Shown in pieces: positions 49,831 through 58,854 of a stretch of 64,000 nucleotides of DNA (position 1 is the stretch's first letter; every line of letters begins with the position of its first letter). The DNA lies in IMG/VR virus record IMGVR_UViG_3300032242_000723, positions 186,001-250,000 of that record. One strand, 5' to 3'. The notes under the pieces were generated by a model, which saw only the letters and a list, made by a program, of their open reading frames with translations, did no database searches and had not been told where the DNA came from. A program made the translations under genes and the position numbers.

Positions 49831-50039
49831 GCATAATCTACACTGTAGATCCTGATCTTGTTACTCGTCTTTGGGAAGAATGGCTTTGGTTACCACAAAA
49901 GCTACACTTTGATAACTGGATGCGTGAAGTCAGGGTTCCATATGCCGATGATGTTAATATACATATAAGCTCCTTAATTGACTCTCAAATAATATTCAAA
50001 GAGGAGAAAGACTTGACATACTTTCTGCTGACGCTTTAA
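49827..50039 (+). CDS. Array small protein 8 (paralogue of 7)
   Basis: ATGA-coupled; ends FKEEKDLTYFLLTL. Confidence 0.75.
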   Translation: MSIIYTVDPDLVTRLWEEWLWLPQKLHFDNWMREVRVPYADDVNIHISSLIDSQIIFKEEKDLTYFLLTL

Positions 50040-50060
50040 ATAATATGATATATATTATGT

Positions 50061-50300
50061 ATGAGATTAGTCTTTGATCCAGTACCTGATAATCCATTAG
50101 TACTACAGTATACACTATTACATCCTAATGGGGTCCGTAGTGTAACTGGACTTAGAGGTCCATATACTGATCACATAGAAAAATGGTGCAAAGAACAAAA
50201 TTGCGGGACCTTTCTTCAGTACGAGAATCCCGGATTCATGTACCATGTAAAATTTGAGAATACTGAAAAGTTAGCGTTCTTTCTACTGAGGTGGGGATGA
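50061..50300 (+). CDS. Array small protein 9
   Basis: Ends FENTEKLAFFLLRWG; TTTAAATA at 50035-50042 upstream. Confidence 0.75.
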   Translation: MRLVFDPVPDNPLVLQYTLLHPNGVRSVTGLRGPYTDHIEKWCKEQNCGTFLQYENPGFMYHVKFENTEKLAFFLLRWG

Positions 50301-50482
50301 GCGTAAAGCTTTACACTGTCTCAGGTGTCATAATGCTTGACTGGATAGAAAACGAGATCAGAGAAAAAGAGCCGGGCAACTATAGGGTAGTAGCAGTGCA
50401 GAAAGCTAATAAAGTATATGAATATTGGCTAGAGTTTGACGATCCTGCAGAAGAAACGTTTTGGAGATTGAAATACCAATGA
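50297..50482 (+). CDS. Array small protein 10
   Basis: ATGA-coupled; ends FDDPAEETFWRLKYQ; its stop overlaps the next radical SAM start. Confidence 0.7.
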   Translation: MSVKLYTVSGVIMLDWIENEIREKEPGNYRVVAVQKANKVYEYWLEFDDPAEETFWRLKYQ

Positions 50483-51747
50483 ATATAGATAAAAATCATC
50501 TGTTAAACGAGAGTAAAGAATTCTGCATGATGCCATGGATACATATGCATACCACGCCATCTGGTGCTAGTGCTCCTTGCTGTATAGGCAGATCAATTGC
50601 AAGTACAGATGGCATGGGCAATGCAGCTAATCATAGTCTACTAGAACTTGTCAACTCAGAAAAAATGAATCAACTACGATTAGATATGTTGTCCGGAGTT
50701 CGCAACAATGAATGTAACAGTTGCCATGTTCAAGAAGAGCACGGGCAAAAATCTCACCGAATACATATGAATCAGCAACGCGATCATTTCTTTGACGAAG
50801 CAGTATTAAACACTAATGTAGACGGGTCACTAACTAACTTCAAGATGCGAGAGTTTGATATGCGTTTCTCTAACCTATGCAACTTTAAATGCCGAACCTG
50901 TACTCAAGAATATAGTTCAGCATGGGAACAAGAGAACAAAATACACGACAAACTGCATTATAGACGTATCACTAGAAACAATAACAAACAACTATTACAA
51001 GAAGTAATCGATCATATTCCCCATATGGAACATGCATACTTTGCAGGTGGTGAACCACTGATCATGGAAGAGCATTATATCTTATTAGAAGAGATGATAC
51101 GTCAACAACGCACTGACATTCAATTGAGATATAGCACTAACTTTAGTAACCTCAAGTTCAAGAATAAAGATTTGCTTGGTTTATGGAAACAGTTTGATAA
51201 GCATATATTAGTTTTTGCTAGTATTGATCACGTAGGTGAACGTGCAGAATATATACGAGCAGGTACAGATTGGGGAAAAGTAGAAGAAAATTACATACAT
51301 GCATCTGCTATTCCCAATATTACAATGAGCATCAATGCAGTATTAAGCGTATTTAATTACTTAACCTTTGACAAGTTCTATCAACACTTAATTGACAAAA
51401 AAATGTATCTACCTACCGGATTTATCAATACTGTATACTTCATGCAGGATCCTTCATATCTAACATGTCACTTACTTCCTACGGATGATTTACGAAATAA
51501 AGGTAAAGAAAGTATGAGATTCACAGTTGACCTTATGAAGAGTAATGGATTTGATAATAGACATACCGATCCTTTAGAGTTATCACATGCTTGGCTAGAC
51601 TCAAGTAACACATGGAACAATAGGTATGATCATGAAATTACTATAGGTGAGAAGTTTAAGCAAGAGATATTACGATTAGATAAGATTAGGGGTCAGGACT
51701 TCACTAAAGTATTCCCTGAATTAGCAGTATTATTGGATACTAAATGA
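50479..51747 (+). CDS. Radical SAM enzyme, N-terminal twitch domain
   Basis: FCMMPW...PCC...CNSC, CNFKCRTC, FAGGEP; start MNIDKN at 50479. Confidence 0.9.
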   Translation: MNIDKNHLLNESKEFCMMPWIHMHTTPSGASAPCCIGRSIASTDGMGNAANHSLLELVNSEKMNQLRLDMLSGVRNNECNSCHVQEEHGQKSHRIHMNQQRDHFFDEAVLNTNVDGSLTNFKMREFDMRFSNLCNFKCRTCTQEYSSAWEQENKIHDKLHYRRITRNNNKQLLQEVIDHIPHMEHAYFAGGEPLIMEEHYILLEEMIRQQRTDIQLRYSTNFSNLKFKNKDLLGLWKQFDKHILVFASIDHVGERAEYIRAGTDWGKVEENYIHASAIPNITMSINAVLSVFNYLTFDKFYQHLIDKKMYLPTGFINTVYFMQDPSYLTCHLLPTDDLRNKGKESMRFTVDLMKSNGFDNRHTDPLELSHAWLDSSNTWNNRYDHEITIGEKFKQEILRLDKIRGQDFTKVFPELAVLLDTK

Positions 51748-52976
51748 ATATAGATAAGAATCATCTATTGAACGAGAGCAAAGAGTTCTGCATGTTTCCT
51801 TGGCTACACTTAAATGTAACGCCAAAAGGTGATATCTATCCATGTTGTTCTAATGACTATTCTGATCCTTTTGGTAATACCAAAGAAACATCACTTAAAG
51901 AAGCATTTAACAATAAGAGAATGAAGCAACTTCGTCTTGACATGTTAAGTGGTAAAAAGAGTAAAATTTGCGACTTCTGTTATAAGCATGAAGACTCTGG
52001 TCCGCATAGCTTTCGTACCTATAGTAAAGAGATGTTTGCCCATCGTTTTGATGAGACCGTACCGACTACTCTTGAAGACGGTACAGTGCCCGACTTCAAC
52101 ATGCACTACTTTGATATACGCTTTTCTAATATCTGCAACTTTAAATGCCGCACATGTGGCTCAGAGTTTTCTAGTAAGTGGGGAGAAGAAATGCGTAAGC
52201 ACCACGACCCAAAGCATCCTGTAGTTATTCATGCTGACATTAAAGGCAATCTATTACAAGAAGTACTCGATCAAGTAGATAACATCGATCTTGCATACTT
52301 TGCGGGTGGCGAACCATTGATCACTGATGAGCATTATGTTATGCTGGAAGAGATGATCAGAAAAGGCCGCACGGATATCACACTTAGATATAATACAAAT
52401 GCGAGCAATATCAAGTATAAGAAGCATGATATCCTAGAGTTATGGAAACATTTCAAGAAGGTAGAATTATCCTGCTCAATAGATCATTATGGTGAACGTG
52501 CTGAGTGGCTACGTAAAGGAACTGACTGGGGAAAGATAGAAGAAAATCTATTATTATTCCGTGAGCTAGAACAAGTTTCATTTCAGATGAATACTGTCTT
52601 CTCTATCTTTAACTACAGTACTATCGGTGAGTTCTATCAATATCTAAAAGACAAGAATATTGTTCGTAAAGATGATTGGTATCACAGTCTTTATCTCGCG
52701 GTTAATCCTGAATACTATTGCGCCAAATCATTGCCGAAAGAACTTAAGATAGAAGCAAAGATCAAAGCGTTAGCATGGGCAGAATCTAATGCAAATGATA
52801 GTACATGTTTACCAAGACTTATTACTGATGCAGTGAACTTCGCAAATGAATCAGATGATTGGGCTAAGATAAAAAAAGACATGCTACAGCACACTAACTC
52901 TATTGATCGTATCAGAGATGAAAACTTTTGGTCCGTGTTTCCCGAGTTAAATAAATTAAGAGATTTGGAGGAATAA
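51744..52976 (+). CDS. Radical SAM enzyme, N-terminal twitch domain (tandem paralogue)
   Basis: FCMFPW...PCC...CDFC, CNFKCRTC, FAGGEP. Confidence 0.9.
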   Translation: MNIDKNHLLNESKEFCMFPWLHLNVTPKGDIYPCCSNDYSDPFGNTKETSLKEAFNNKRMKQLRLDMLSGKKSKICDFCYKHEDSGPHSFRTYSKEMFAHRFDETVPTTLEDGTVPDFNMHYFDIRFSNICNFKCRTCGSEFSSKWGEEMRKHHDPKHPVVIHADIKGNLLQEVLDQVDNIDLAYFAGGEPLITDEHYVMLEEMIRKGRTDITLRYNTNASNIKYKKHDILELWKHFKKVELSCSIDHYGERAEWLRKGTDWGKIEENLLLFRELEQVSFQMNTVFSIFNYSTIGEFYQYLKDKNIVRKDDWYHSLYLAVNPEYYCAKSLPKELKIEAKIKALAWAESNANDSTCLPRLITDAVNFANESDDWAKIKKDMLQHTNSIDRIRDENFWSVFPELNKLRDLEE

Positions 52977-52977
52977 A

Positions 52978-53262
52978 ATGGCAGTAGTTGATAACACTAA
53001 TAGTGAAAATCTAGACTATGTTGACTATAACATGGGCAACAAGGTTAAGAACATTATGGAAAAGTATGTAGGAAATATGCTTACAGAAGAAACAGCAGAT
53101 CAAGTAATGACAGACCTCATTGAGGAGTTCGGAAATGATATCGAAGCCCAGGTAGTTATTGACGATGAGATCAATGATATCGAAGTTATCATCCGCGATT
53201 CAAACGGTGTGTTGATGAAGTGTTCATCGCTTAAACTGTTTGCAGAAAAACTGAGCGTATGA
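52978..53262 (+). CDS. Acidic hypothetical protein
   Basis: Strong GGAGG RBS. Confidence 0.65.
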   Translation: MAVVDNTNSENLDYVDYNMGNKVKNIMEKYVGNMLTEETADQVMTDLIEEFGNDIEAQVVIDDEINDIEVIIRDSNGVLMKCSSLKLFAEKLSV

Positions 53263-53429
53263 CGGAAGTAACGGATCCCGTTCAACGGTTGATCGACTCT
53301 AACGAACGATTGCTTATCGAGTTAAAGAAACGTTATAAGGGCAATACTGCCGAAGACGTTAAAAAGATTTTGCAACATGAAATCGATGAGATGACCGACA
53401 AGATTAAAAGATTAAAGGCAAAACTATGA
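53259..53429 (+). CDS. 56-aa coiled-coil protein (not in ORF track)
   Basis: MTEVTDPVQRLIDSNERLLIELKKRYKG...KIKRLKAKL; ATGA overlaps on both sides. Confidence 0.6.
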   Translation: MTEVTDPVQRLIDSNERLLIELKKRYKGNTAEDVKKILQHEIDEMTDKIKRLKAKL

Positions 53430-53593
53430 AGATTGAATTTGATAGACAGTTTATTAGAGATATGATTAGCACATTAGGTGTTAACCACGCTATTTCAGAA
53501 ATGACGTTATCATTTCAGGCATTGCTTGATACTGTAATTGAAGAAATCGAAAAAGAAGTCCAAGAAGAGATCAAGGCAAGACGTGACCGATAA
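53426..53593 (+). CDS. 55-aa helical protein (not in ORF track)
   Basis: MKIEFDRQFIRDMISTLG...EEIKARRDR; fills the gap up to the next radical SAM gene. Confidence 0.6.
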   Translation: MKIEFDRQFIRDMISTLGVNHAISEMTLSFQALLDTVIEEIEKEVQEEIKARRDR

Positions 53594-54857
53594 AGCAACG
53601 ATTACTGCTCTAGTAGAAAGCGGTAAGCACTTCTGTGTATTACCCTGGGTACACTTCCATGCCTGGCCAGATTCAAGAGTCATGCCTTGCTGCGTTGCAG
53701 ACAGTGACAAGCCAGTATCGTATCTTAAGCCTGAAGAGTCTATCATCGAAATGATGAATAGTGACGACTACAAGAAAATGCGTACTGAGATGCTCAAGGA
53801 TGAGCCGGTTGAAGCATGTAAGCGTTGTTATGATCTTGAAATATTAGGAAATTGGACGATGCGGCAATCTCACAATGCACGTCGTGGACTAGAATATGTA
53901 GATTATATAGCAGATGTAACACAAGAAGACGGTGCTCTTTCTGAGTTCGAAATGAAATATATGGACATTCGTTTCAGTAATCTATGCAACATGAAGTGTC
54001 GGTCATGCGGTCCAAGCTGTTCAAGTCAAATGGCACAAGAATATTCTGACAAGCATGGTAAAGAAAAGTTCGAGAAGTACTTTCCTAATCAAAAGATCAT
54101 TGTTAACAACAATGAAGATCAGCAGTTTATGCTCAAGCTTAAGCCATACTTAGCAGACGTTACAGAAGTATACTTTGCAGGCGGCGAGATTGTTATTACC
54201 GCAGAACACTATGAGTGTCTTGACTACTGGATCGAGAATGGTTTAACTGATCAGATCGAACTAAACTATACAACAAACTTCTCAACTCTAAGATATAAGA
54301 AGAATAAAGATTTGATTGAATACTGGAAGAAGTTTCCGAACATTCAAATTTGGGCGTCATTAGATGCACACGGTGATCTAGCTGAGTGTATGCGTAAAGG
54401 TACTGACTGGCCTAAGATAGTAGCGAACATGCGAGAACTTAAAGAAAAGCTTCCGCATGTAAAGTTTCAGATCACGCCTACTATCTCTATTTGGAATATC
54501 TTTCACTTTGCTGATTTCTTTGACTATATGATTGAGAACGGGTTTATTGACACCACTACTAGTCCTAGATTCAATCTTGCAACATCGCCCTGGTATGCTA
54601 ATATCATGATTCTTCCAAATAATGTAAAGCGTGATCTCATCGCGTTATATAGAAAATATCAAATAAAGTACAAAAAGAATGCTGAATTGTGTAATGGATT
54701 TAAAGTCATCGCAAAAAATTTAGATTCTGGCGAAGAGAACAAAGGTGGAATACTAGAGTTCAAAGCATACAATGATGAACTAGATACCTTTCGTAACGAG
54801 AAGTTTGAAGACATCGTGCCAGAGATCAAGGAAGTATACAAGTGGGCCATGAGCTAG
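53583..54857 (+). CDS. Radical SAM enzyme, N-terminal twitch domain
   Basis: FCVLPW...PCC...CKRC, CNMKCRSC, FAGGE; probable GTG start at 53583. Confidence 0.9.
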   Translation: MTDKATITALVESGKHFCVLPWVHFHAWPDSRVMPCCVADSDKPVSYLKPEESIIEMMNSDDYKKMRTEMLKDEPVEACKRCYDLEILGNWTMRQSHNARRGLEYVDYIADVTQEDGALSEFEMKYMDIRFSNLCNMKCRSCGPSCSSQMAQEYSDKHGKEKFEKYFPNQKIIVNNNEDQQFMLKLKPYLADVTEVYFAGGEIVITAEHYECLDYWIENGLTDQIELNYTTNFSTLRYKKNKDLIEYWKKFPNIQIWASLDAHGDLAECMRKGTDWPKIVANMRELKEKLPHVKFQITPTISIWNIFHFADFFDYMIENGFIDTTTSPRFNLATSPWYANIMILPNNVKRDLIALYRKYQIKYKKNAELCNGFKVIAKNLDSGEENKGGILEFKAYNDELDTFRNEKFEDIVPEIKEVYKWAMS

Positions 54858-55825
54858 TAGCGATTGAGACGCCGGAACCTTATCTTGCTATAACCTGGCA
54901 GGTGAACAACTATTGCAACTATAGCTGTAGCTATTGTAATCCAGGCAACTGGGCCGGTGCCAATCCTAATAACGGCAATCTTGATCTTTATATTCAAAAT
55001 CTCTCTGCAATCGTAGAGAAGTATAAACAAGTAGGCTATAAGCATTTCAAGTTCTTCTTTAGTGGCGGCGAACCCACAGCCTGGAGAAACTTTATTCCTA
55101 TCTGTGAATGGATATATAAAGAACTTCCACAAGCAACACTAGCAGTCAACACAAATCTAAGCAGACCTAAAGCATGGTGGGAGAAACATCATTATCTATT
55201 TGATGATATCGTTGCAAGCTTCCACGTAGAGTATGCAAACAAAGATCGCTATAAAGAGAATAGTATCTATCTATGTGATAAGGTCAACTATCTGTCATCT
55301 AAGATGCTACTACATGATGATCGATTCTGGGAGGTTGTAGAGTATGCTGAAGAGTTAAAGACAGTAATGCCAAACTATTTCATAGAGTGGACGCCACTGT
55401 ATGATGAGTTGTCTAATGATGCTAAGCCTTGGGAATACAATGACGACAAGAAAACAGAGTTTCTATCTACTCATAACATAGAATCAGTGCAGACATTACC
55501 GAAGCCAAACAAACGTACAGAAAACACCGTTAGCTATAATAGATATGATACCTGCACAGACAAGTATAGTATTCCTACTAACTCTAACGAGATCATTGTA
55601 GAGCGACAGAACTTCTTTACTGGATGGAAATGTCAAGTAGGTGACTGTATATTCATCAGTCCAGTAGGAAATATTACTCTTGCTAGCTGCGGTGCAACAA
55701 AGGATATGGGACACATACTAAATGACATCAGTAAAGTAGGTCCACTAGAGATTACATGTCCTAAACAACATTGTTATTGCGGTACGGATATCATTATTCC
55801 CAAATACAAGGTAGAGCAATCATGA
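54842..55825 (+). CDS. Radical SAM enzyme with C-terminal twitch-like cysteine cluster
   Basis: CNYSCSYC, SGGEP, C-terminal C...SC...CPKQHCYC. Confidence 0.9.
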   Translation: MGHELVAIETPEPYLAITWQVNNYCNYSCSYCNPGNWAGANPNNGNLDLYIQNLSAIVEKYKQVGYKHFKFFFSGGEPTAWRNFIPICEWIYKELPQATLAVNTNLSRPKAWWEKHHYLFDDIVASFHVEYANKDRYKENSIYLCDKVNYLSSKMLLHDDRFWEVVEYAEELKTVMPNYFIEWTPLYDELSNDAKPWEYNDDKKTEFLSTHNIESVQTLPKPNKRTENTVSYNRYDTCTDKYSIPTNSNEIIVERQNFFTGWKCQVGDCIFISPVGNITLASCGATKDMGHILNDISKVGPLEITCPKQHCYCGTDIIIPKYKVEQS

Positions 55826-56940
55826 TAGAAGAAAATTACTTCTTAGGATTTAATGGAAAAATTACCAAACGAAATTCAGTAGTAGAACATATAACAAAAC
55901 ATTTGCGAGAGAAAAAATATGTGTTTATTGAATTTTTTGCGGACTATTCTCTTGCAGACGTTCATCAATGCTTAACAGACACTCAGTTACAGCAGATTCG
56001 TGACGGCGACGCTATTCTTGTATTGTCTAATACGCACGAGGCCTTTCATAACATAGTTGAACCTATCTATGTTGAAGTAGTAATCAAACTACGTATTCCG
56101 CCTAACAATGTTATATTAATGAGTGAATCCGCAATTATTGATCAGGAAGTAAACCGAATTGCTGCTAAGCTAGGTCTACCTAGAATACAATGCGAATGGT
56201 TTAGAGTATTTGAATATAATCTACAAATATATAATGTGACAACTACATCTCCAACATTAGTAAATAAAACTTACGAAAAGAAGTTTCTTAACTTAAATAG
56301 ACGCTGGAGATTACATAGACCTGTGTTTGTTAGTTTACTTAAAGTGCATGGGCTGTTAGATTCAGGTTATGTGAGTTTTGCAGACGCAGACGACGGGAAA
56401 AATTGGGATAATCTATGGAATGAAGTTGAGAAAGTTGAACCCTCATTAGCTAAACATAAAGACGAGATTGTTAATATGCCATGGCTATATCTAGATACCG
56501 AAGACTTAACGGTTAATCGAGTTGTTTTAACCCCCTCTACTTACGACTATTATGCAAATACTTATTTCAGCATAGTAAGCGAAACTAACTTTTACTTGCT
56601 TAAAGATCATCCTTATCTAGAGTGCTCTCCTGGCATATTTGCAAGCGAGAAGACCTTTAAGCCTATTAAGATGAAGCATCCTTTTATCTTATTGAATCGT
56701 CCACACTCATTAGATATGTTACGAAAGATAGGCTATCAAACGTTCGACGGTATCATCGATGAATCATACGACAAAGAAGAAGATGATCAAAAACGTATGA
56801 TGATGGTACTAGAAGAGACCAAACGATTATCATCATTGAATACAGATGAGCTAACCGATTTCCTTAATAAGGCTAGGGTTATATGCGAGCATAATTATCA
56901 AACACTAAATACCAAAACAGAATGGATAACACGACTATGA
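55822..56940 (+). CDS. Glycosyltransferase-like protein (GT-B type; ET...SEK..KP...HPF family)
   Basis: FLNLNRR.R.HR, YFSIVSET, SEKTFKP, HPF, DESYD motifs. Confidence 0.55.
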   Translation: MIEENYFLGFNGKITKRNSVVEHITKHLREKKYVFIEFFADYSLADVHQCLTDTQLQQIRDGDAILVLSNTHEAFHNIVEPIYVEVVIKLRIPPNNVILMSESAIIDQEVNRIAAKLGLPRIQCEWFRVFEYNLQIYNVTTTSPTLVNKTYEKKFLNLNRRWRLHRPVFVSLLKVHGLLDSGYVSFADADDGKNWDNLWNEVEKVEPSLAKHKDEIVNMPWLYLDTEDLTVNRVVLTPSTYDYYANTYFSIVSETNFYLLKDHPYLECSPGIFASEKTFKPIKMKHPFILLNRPHSLDMLRKIGYQTFDGIIDESYDKEEDDQKRMMMVLEETKRLSSLNTDELTDFLNKARVICEHNYQTLNTKTEWITRL

Positions 56941-57728
56941 ATATCGACTTTAGTAAGTATAAGAGAATCTTTACTTTTGGATGCAGCTTCGCGAAATGGA
57001 CTTATCCGACTTGGGCTAATGTATTGAGTAAATGTTTGCCAGGGGCAGAATTCATCCATTTAGGACAATGCGGCGGCGGAAACTCGTATATCTCAAATAG
57101 AATGACTCAAGCAAATCGTACATATAATTTCTGTGAAACTGATCTAGTTGTCACAATGTGGACGACCTATTGCAGAGAAGATAGATTTGTCAACGGCAGA
57201 TGGCTGACACCTGGTAACATCTATTATCAAACAGACTATGATGAAAAGTTCGTGAAAAAGTTCTGCGATCCTGTAGGATATCTAGTCAAAGATTTGTCTA
57301 TTATCGATCTTGCGACTACGTACATGAGTACGTTACCTTGCGACTATATTGATATGCTAGCAGTTCCGTTAGACCATCAGGTTCTCGATATAGATGATAT
57401 TACATACAAAGATGTTATTCACACTTATAGAGAACTTATCGCTCACTTTGATAAACCAACAATGTTTGACTTTCTCGGGAAAGAATGGCACGGCGGGTAT
57501 ACTTATATTCGTAATCATAACAATGAAACAACTCCTAGATATGACTATCATCCTAACACTCTTCAATATTGCAATTATCTTAAAATAGTAGGATTTCCCT
57601 TGACTACAGTAGCAATTGAGTATGCTGAAGCTTCACACAATAAAGCTCTCTTACTTAAACATCAAAATGAGTTCGATGTAACCTTTGCAGACATCAACTT
57701 TAATTCAGGCTTTGTGTGGAATATTTAA
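56937..57728 (+). CDS. SGNH/GDSL-like acyl transferase or esterase
   Basis: FGCSF (block I), GGGN, DYHP. Confidence 0.55.
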   Translation: MNIDFSKYKRIFTFGCSFAKWTYPTWANVLSKCLPGAEFIHLGQCGGGNSYISNRMTQANRTYNFCETDLVVTMWTTYCREDRFVNGRWLTPGNIYYQTDYDEKFVKKFCDPVGYLVKDLSIIDLATTYMSTLPCDYIDMLAVPLDHQVLDIDDITYKDVIHTYRELIAHFDKPTMFDFLGKEWHGGYTYIRNHNNETTPRYDYHPNTLQYCNYLKIVGFPLTTVAIEYAEASHNKALLLKHQNEFDVTFADINFNSGFVWNI

Positions 57729-57729
57729 T

Positions 57730-58854
57730 ATGTCAATCAAGTTACTGTCAATTTGGGATTATTCTTTAAATATCAACGAATGCTTAGCAGATATAGAACT
57801 CAATCATCAAACGATTGATGAGATCATAATTGATCAAACACCTGAGCATCAGTATAATCAACTTTGTGCAGTTGAAACTGGCGTTGCTAGTGTAGTAGAA
57901 CTTGCAGGAAGGTATAACATACCTATAACTATATTGACCTCTGCTAGTACATTTGACCCAACCGTTAATAACTTCAACCATCCTACTGTAGATTGTCCAA
58001 CTTGGTGGCTATCCAGAACTCTGATATTATCGTTCTACTACCTTAGAACACTAGCTTTTCCCATTGATATGCTTGATGATACTATTGGTACTGGATACCC
58101 TATTCAACACTTGTTTATCTCTATGAACAATGTAGCACACTATCATCGATGTGTCTTTATCGACCTAATGGCCAAACATGATCTAATCGATTTAGGCATG
58201 ATAAGCTGGCGTGATGTGTTGCGTGAGTATGATAATAGTAGAGATACACTACCGAATAACATACTAGAAAGTATTCAAGCTAACGTATATTCTTTCAAGT
58301 ATTGGACTCCTATAAGAATGATATTAGATCAACCACTAGACGGCACATCGACCGTGCCAAATCAATATAAGATACCAGAACAATATCATAACTCATTCAT
58401 GCAAATTGTCACAGAATCCACGACTGATCGTTTCTTTATTACAGAGAAAACAGCTACACCCTTATTCTATAACAAGTTGTTCCTAGTTGTTGGAAGTAGA
58501 TACTTTCATCGTAATTTAAAGTCACTTGGCTTTGAACTGTATGACGAGTTGTTTGACTATATGTTTGATGATGAAGAAAGTATTGAACTACGTGTTGAAG
58601 GCGTTGCCCAAAACTTAAACAAGTTTAGAGACAAAACTAATGAAGAGTTAGAACAGATTCTATTGTCGGTCGGTGATAAGATCACCCGTAACAGAAAACT
58701 AGCAGTACAGTATGCACTTAACCCGCCTGAAATATTTAAGGCATTAGCTAATAGGTTAGAAGATGACGGTCACCCATCTCAGTCTACACATTTAATTCAA
58801 ATTACTAAAGGTATTACACAATGTATTAAGAATTTGGGTGAGAGAACAAAGTGA
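57730..58854 (+). CDS. Glycosyltransferase-like protein (same family as 55822)
   Basis: F.SMN...HYHR, IVTES, ITEKT..P, GF.LYDE.FDY.FD motifs. Confidence 0.55.
   Translation: MSIKLLSIWDYSLNINECLADIELNHQTIDEIIIDQTPEHQYNQLCAVETGVASVVELAGRYNIPITILTSASTFDPTVNNFNHPTVDCPTWWLSRTLILSFYYLRTLAFPIDMLDDTIGTGYPIQHLFISMNNVAHYHRCVFIDLMAKHDLIDLGMISWRDVLREYDNSRDTLPNNILESIQANVYSFKYWTPIRMILDQPLDGTSTVPNQYKIPEQYHNSFMQIVTESTTDRFFITEKTATPLFYNKLFLVVGSRYFHRNLKSLGFELYDELFDYMFDDEESIELRVEGVAQNLNKFRDKTNEELEQILLSVGDKITRNRKLAVQYALNPPEIFKALANRLEDDGHPSQSTHLIQITKGITQCIKNLGERTK

Noticed and set aside
50013-50041. TTGACA suggesting a sigma70 promoter at the end of array ORF 8
   Set aside because: Explained by Leu-Thr codons shared with ORF 7; the -10 match (TTAAAT) is poor.
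48094-50482. CRISPR array, integron cassettes or DGR as explanation of the array
   Set aside because: Repeats are degenerate and coding. No attC-like hairpins, integrase, cas or reverse transcriptase in the window, and differences are not adenine-restricted.
53538-53582. Highly basic N-terminus MKKSKKKSKKRSR on a radical SAM protein
   Set aside because: Alternate-frame reading of the upstream 55-aa ORF (EEIEKEVQEEIK); real start is probably GTG 53583.
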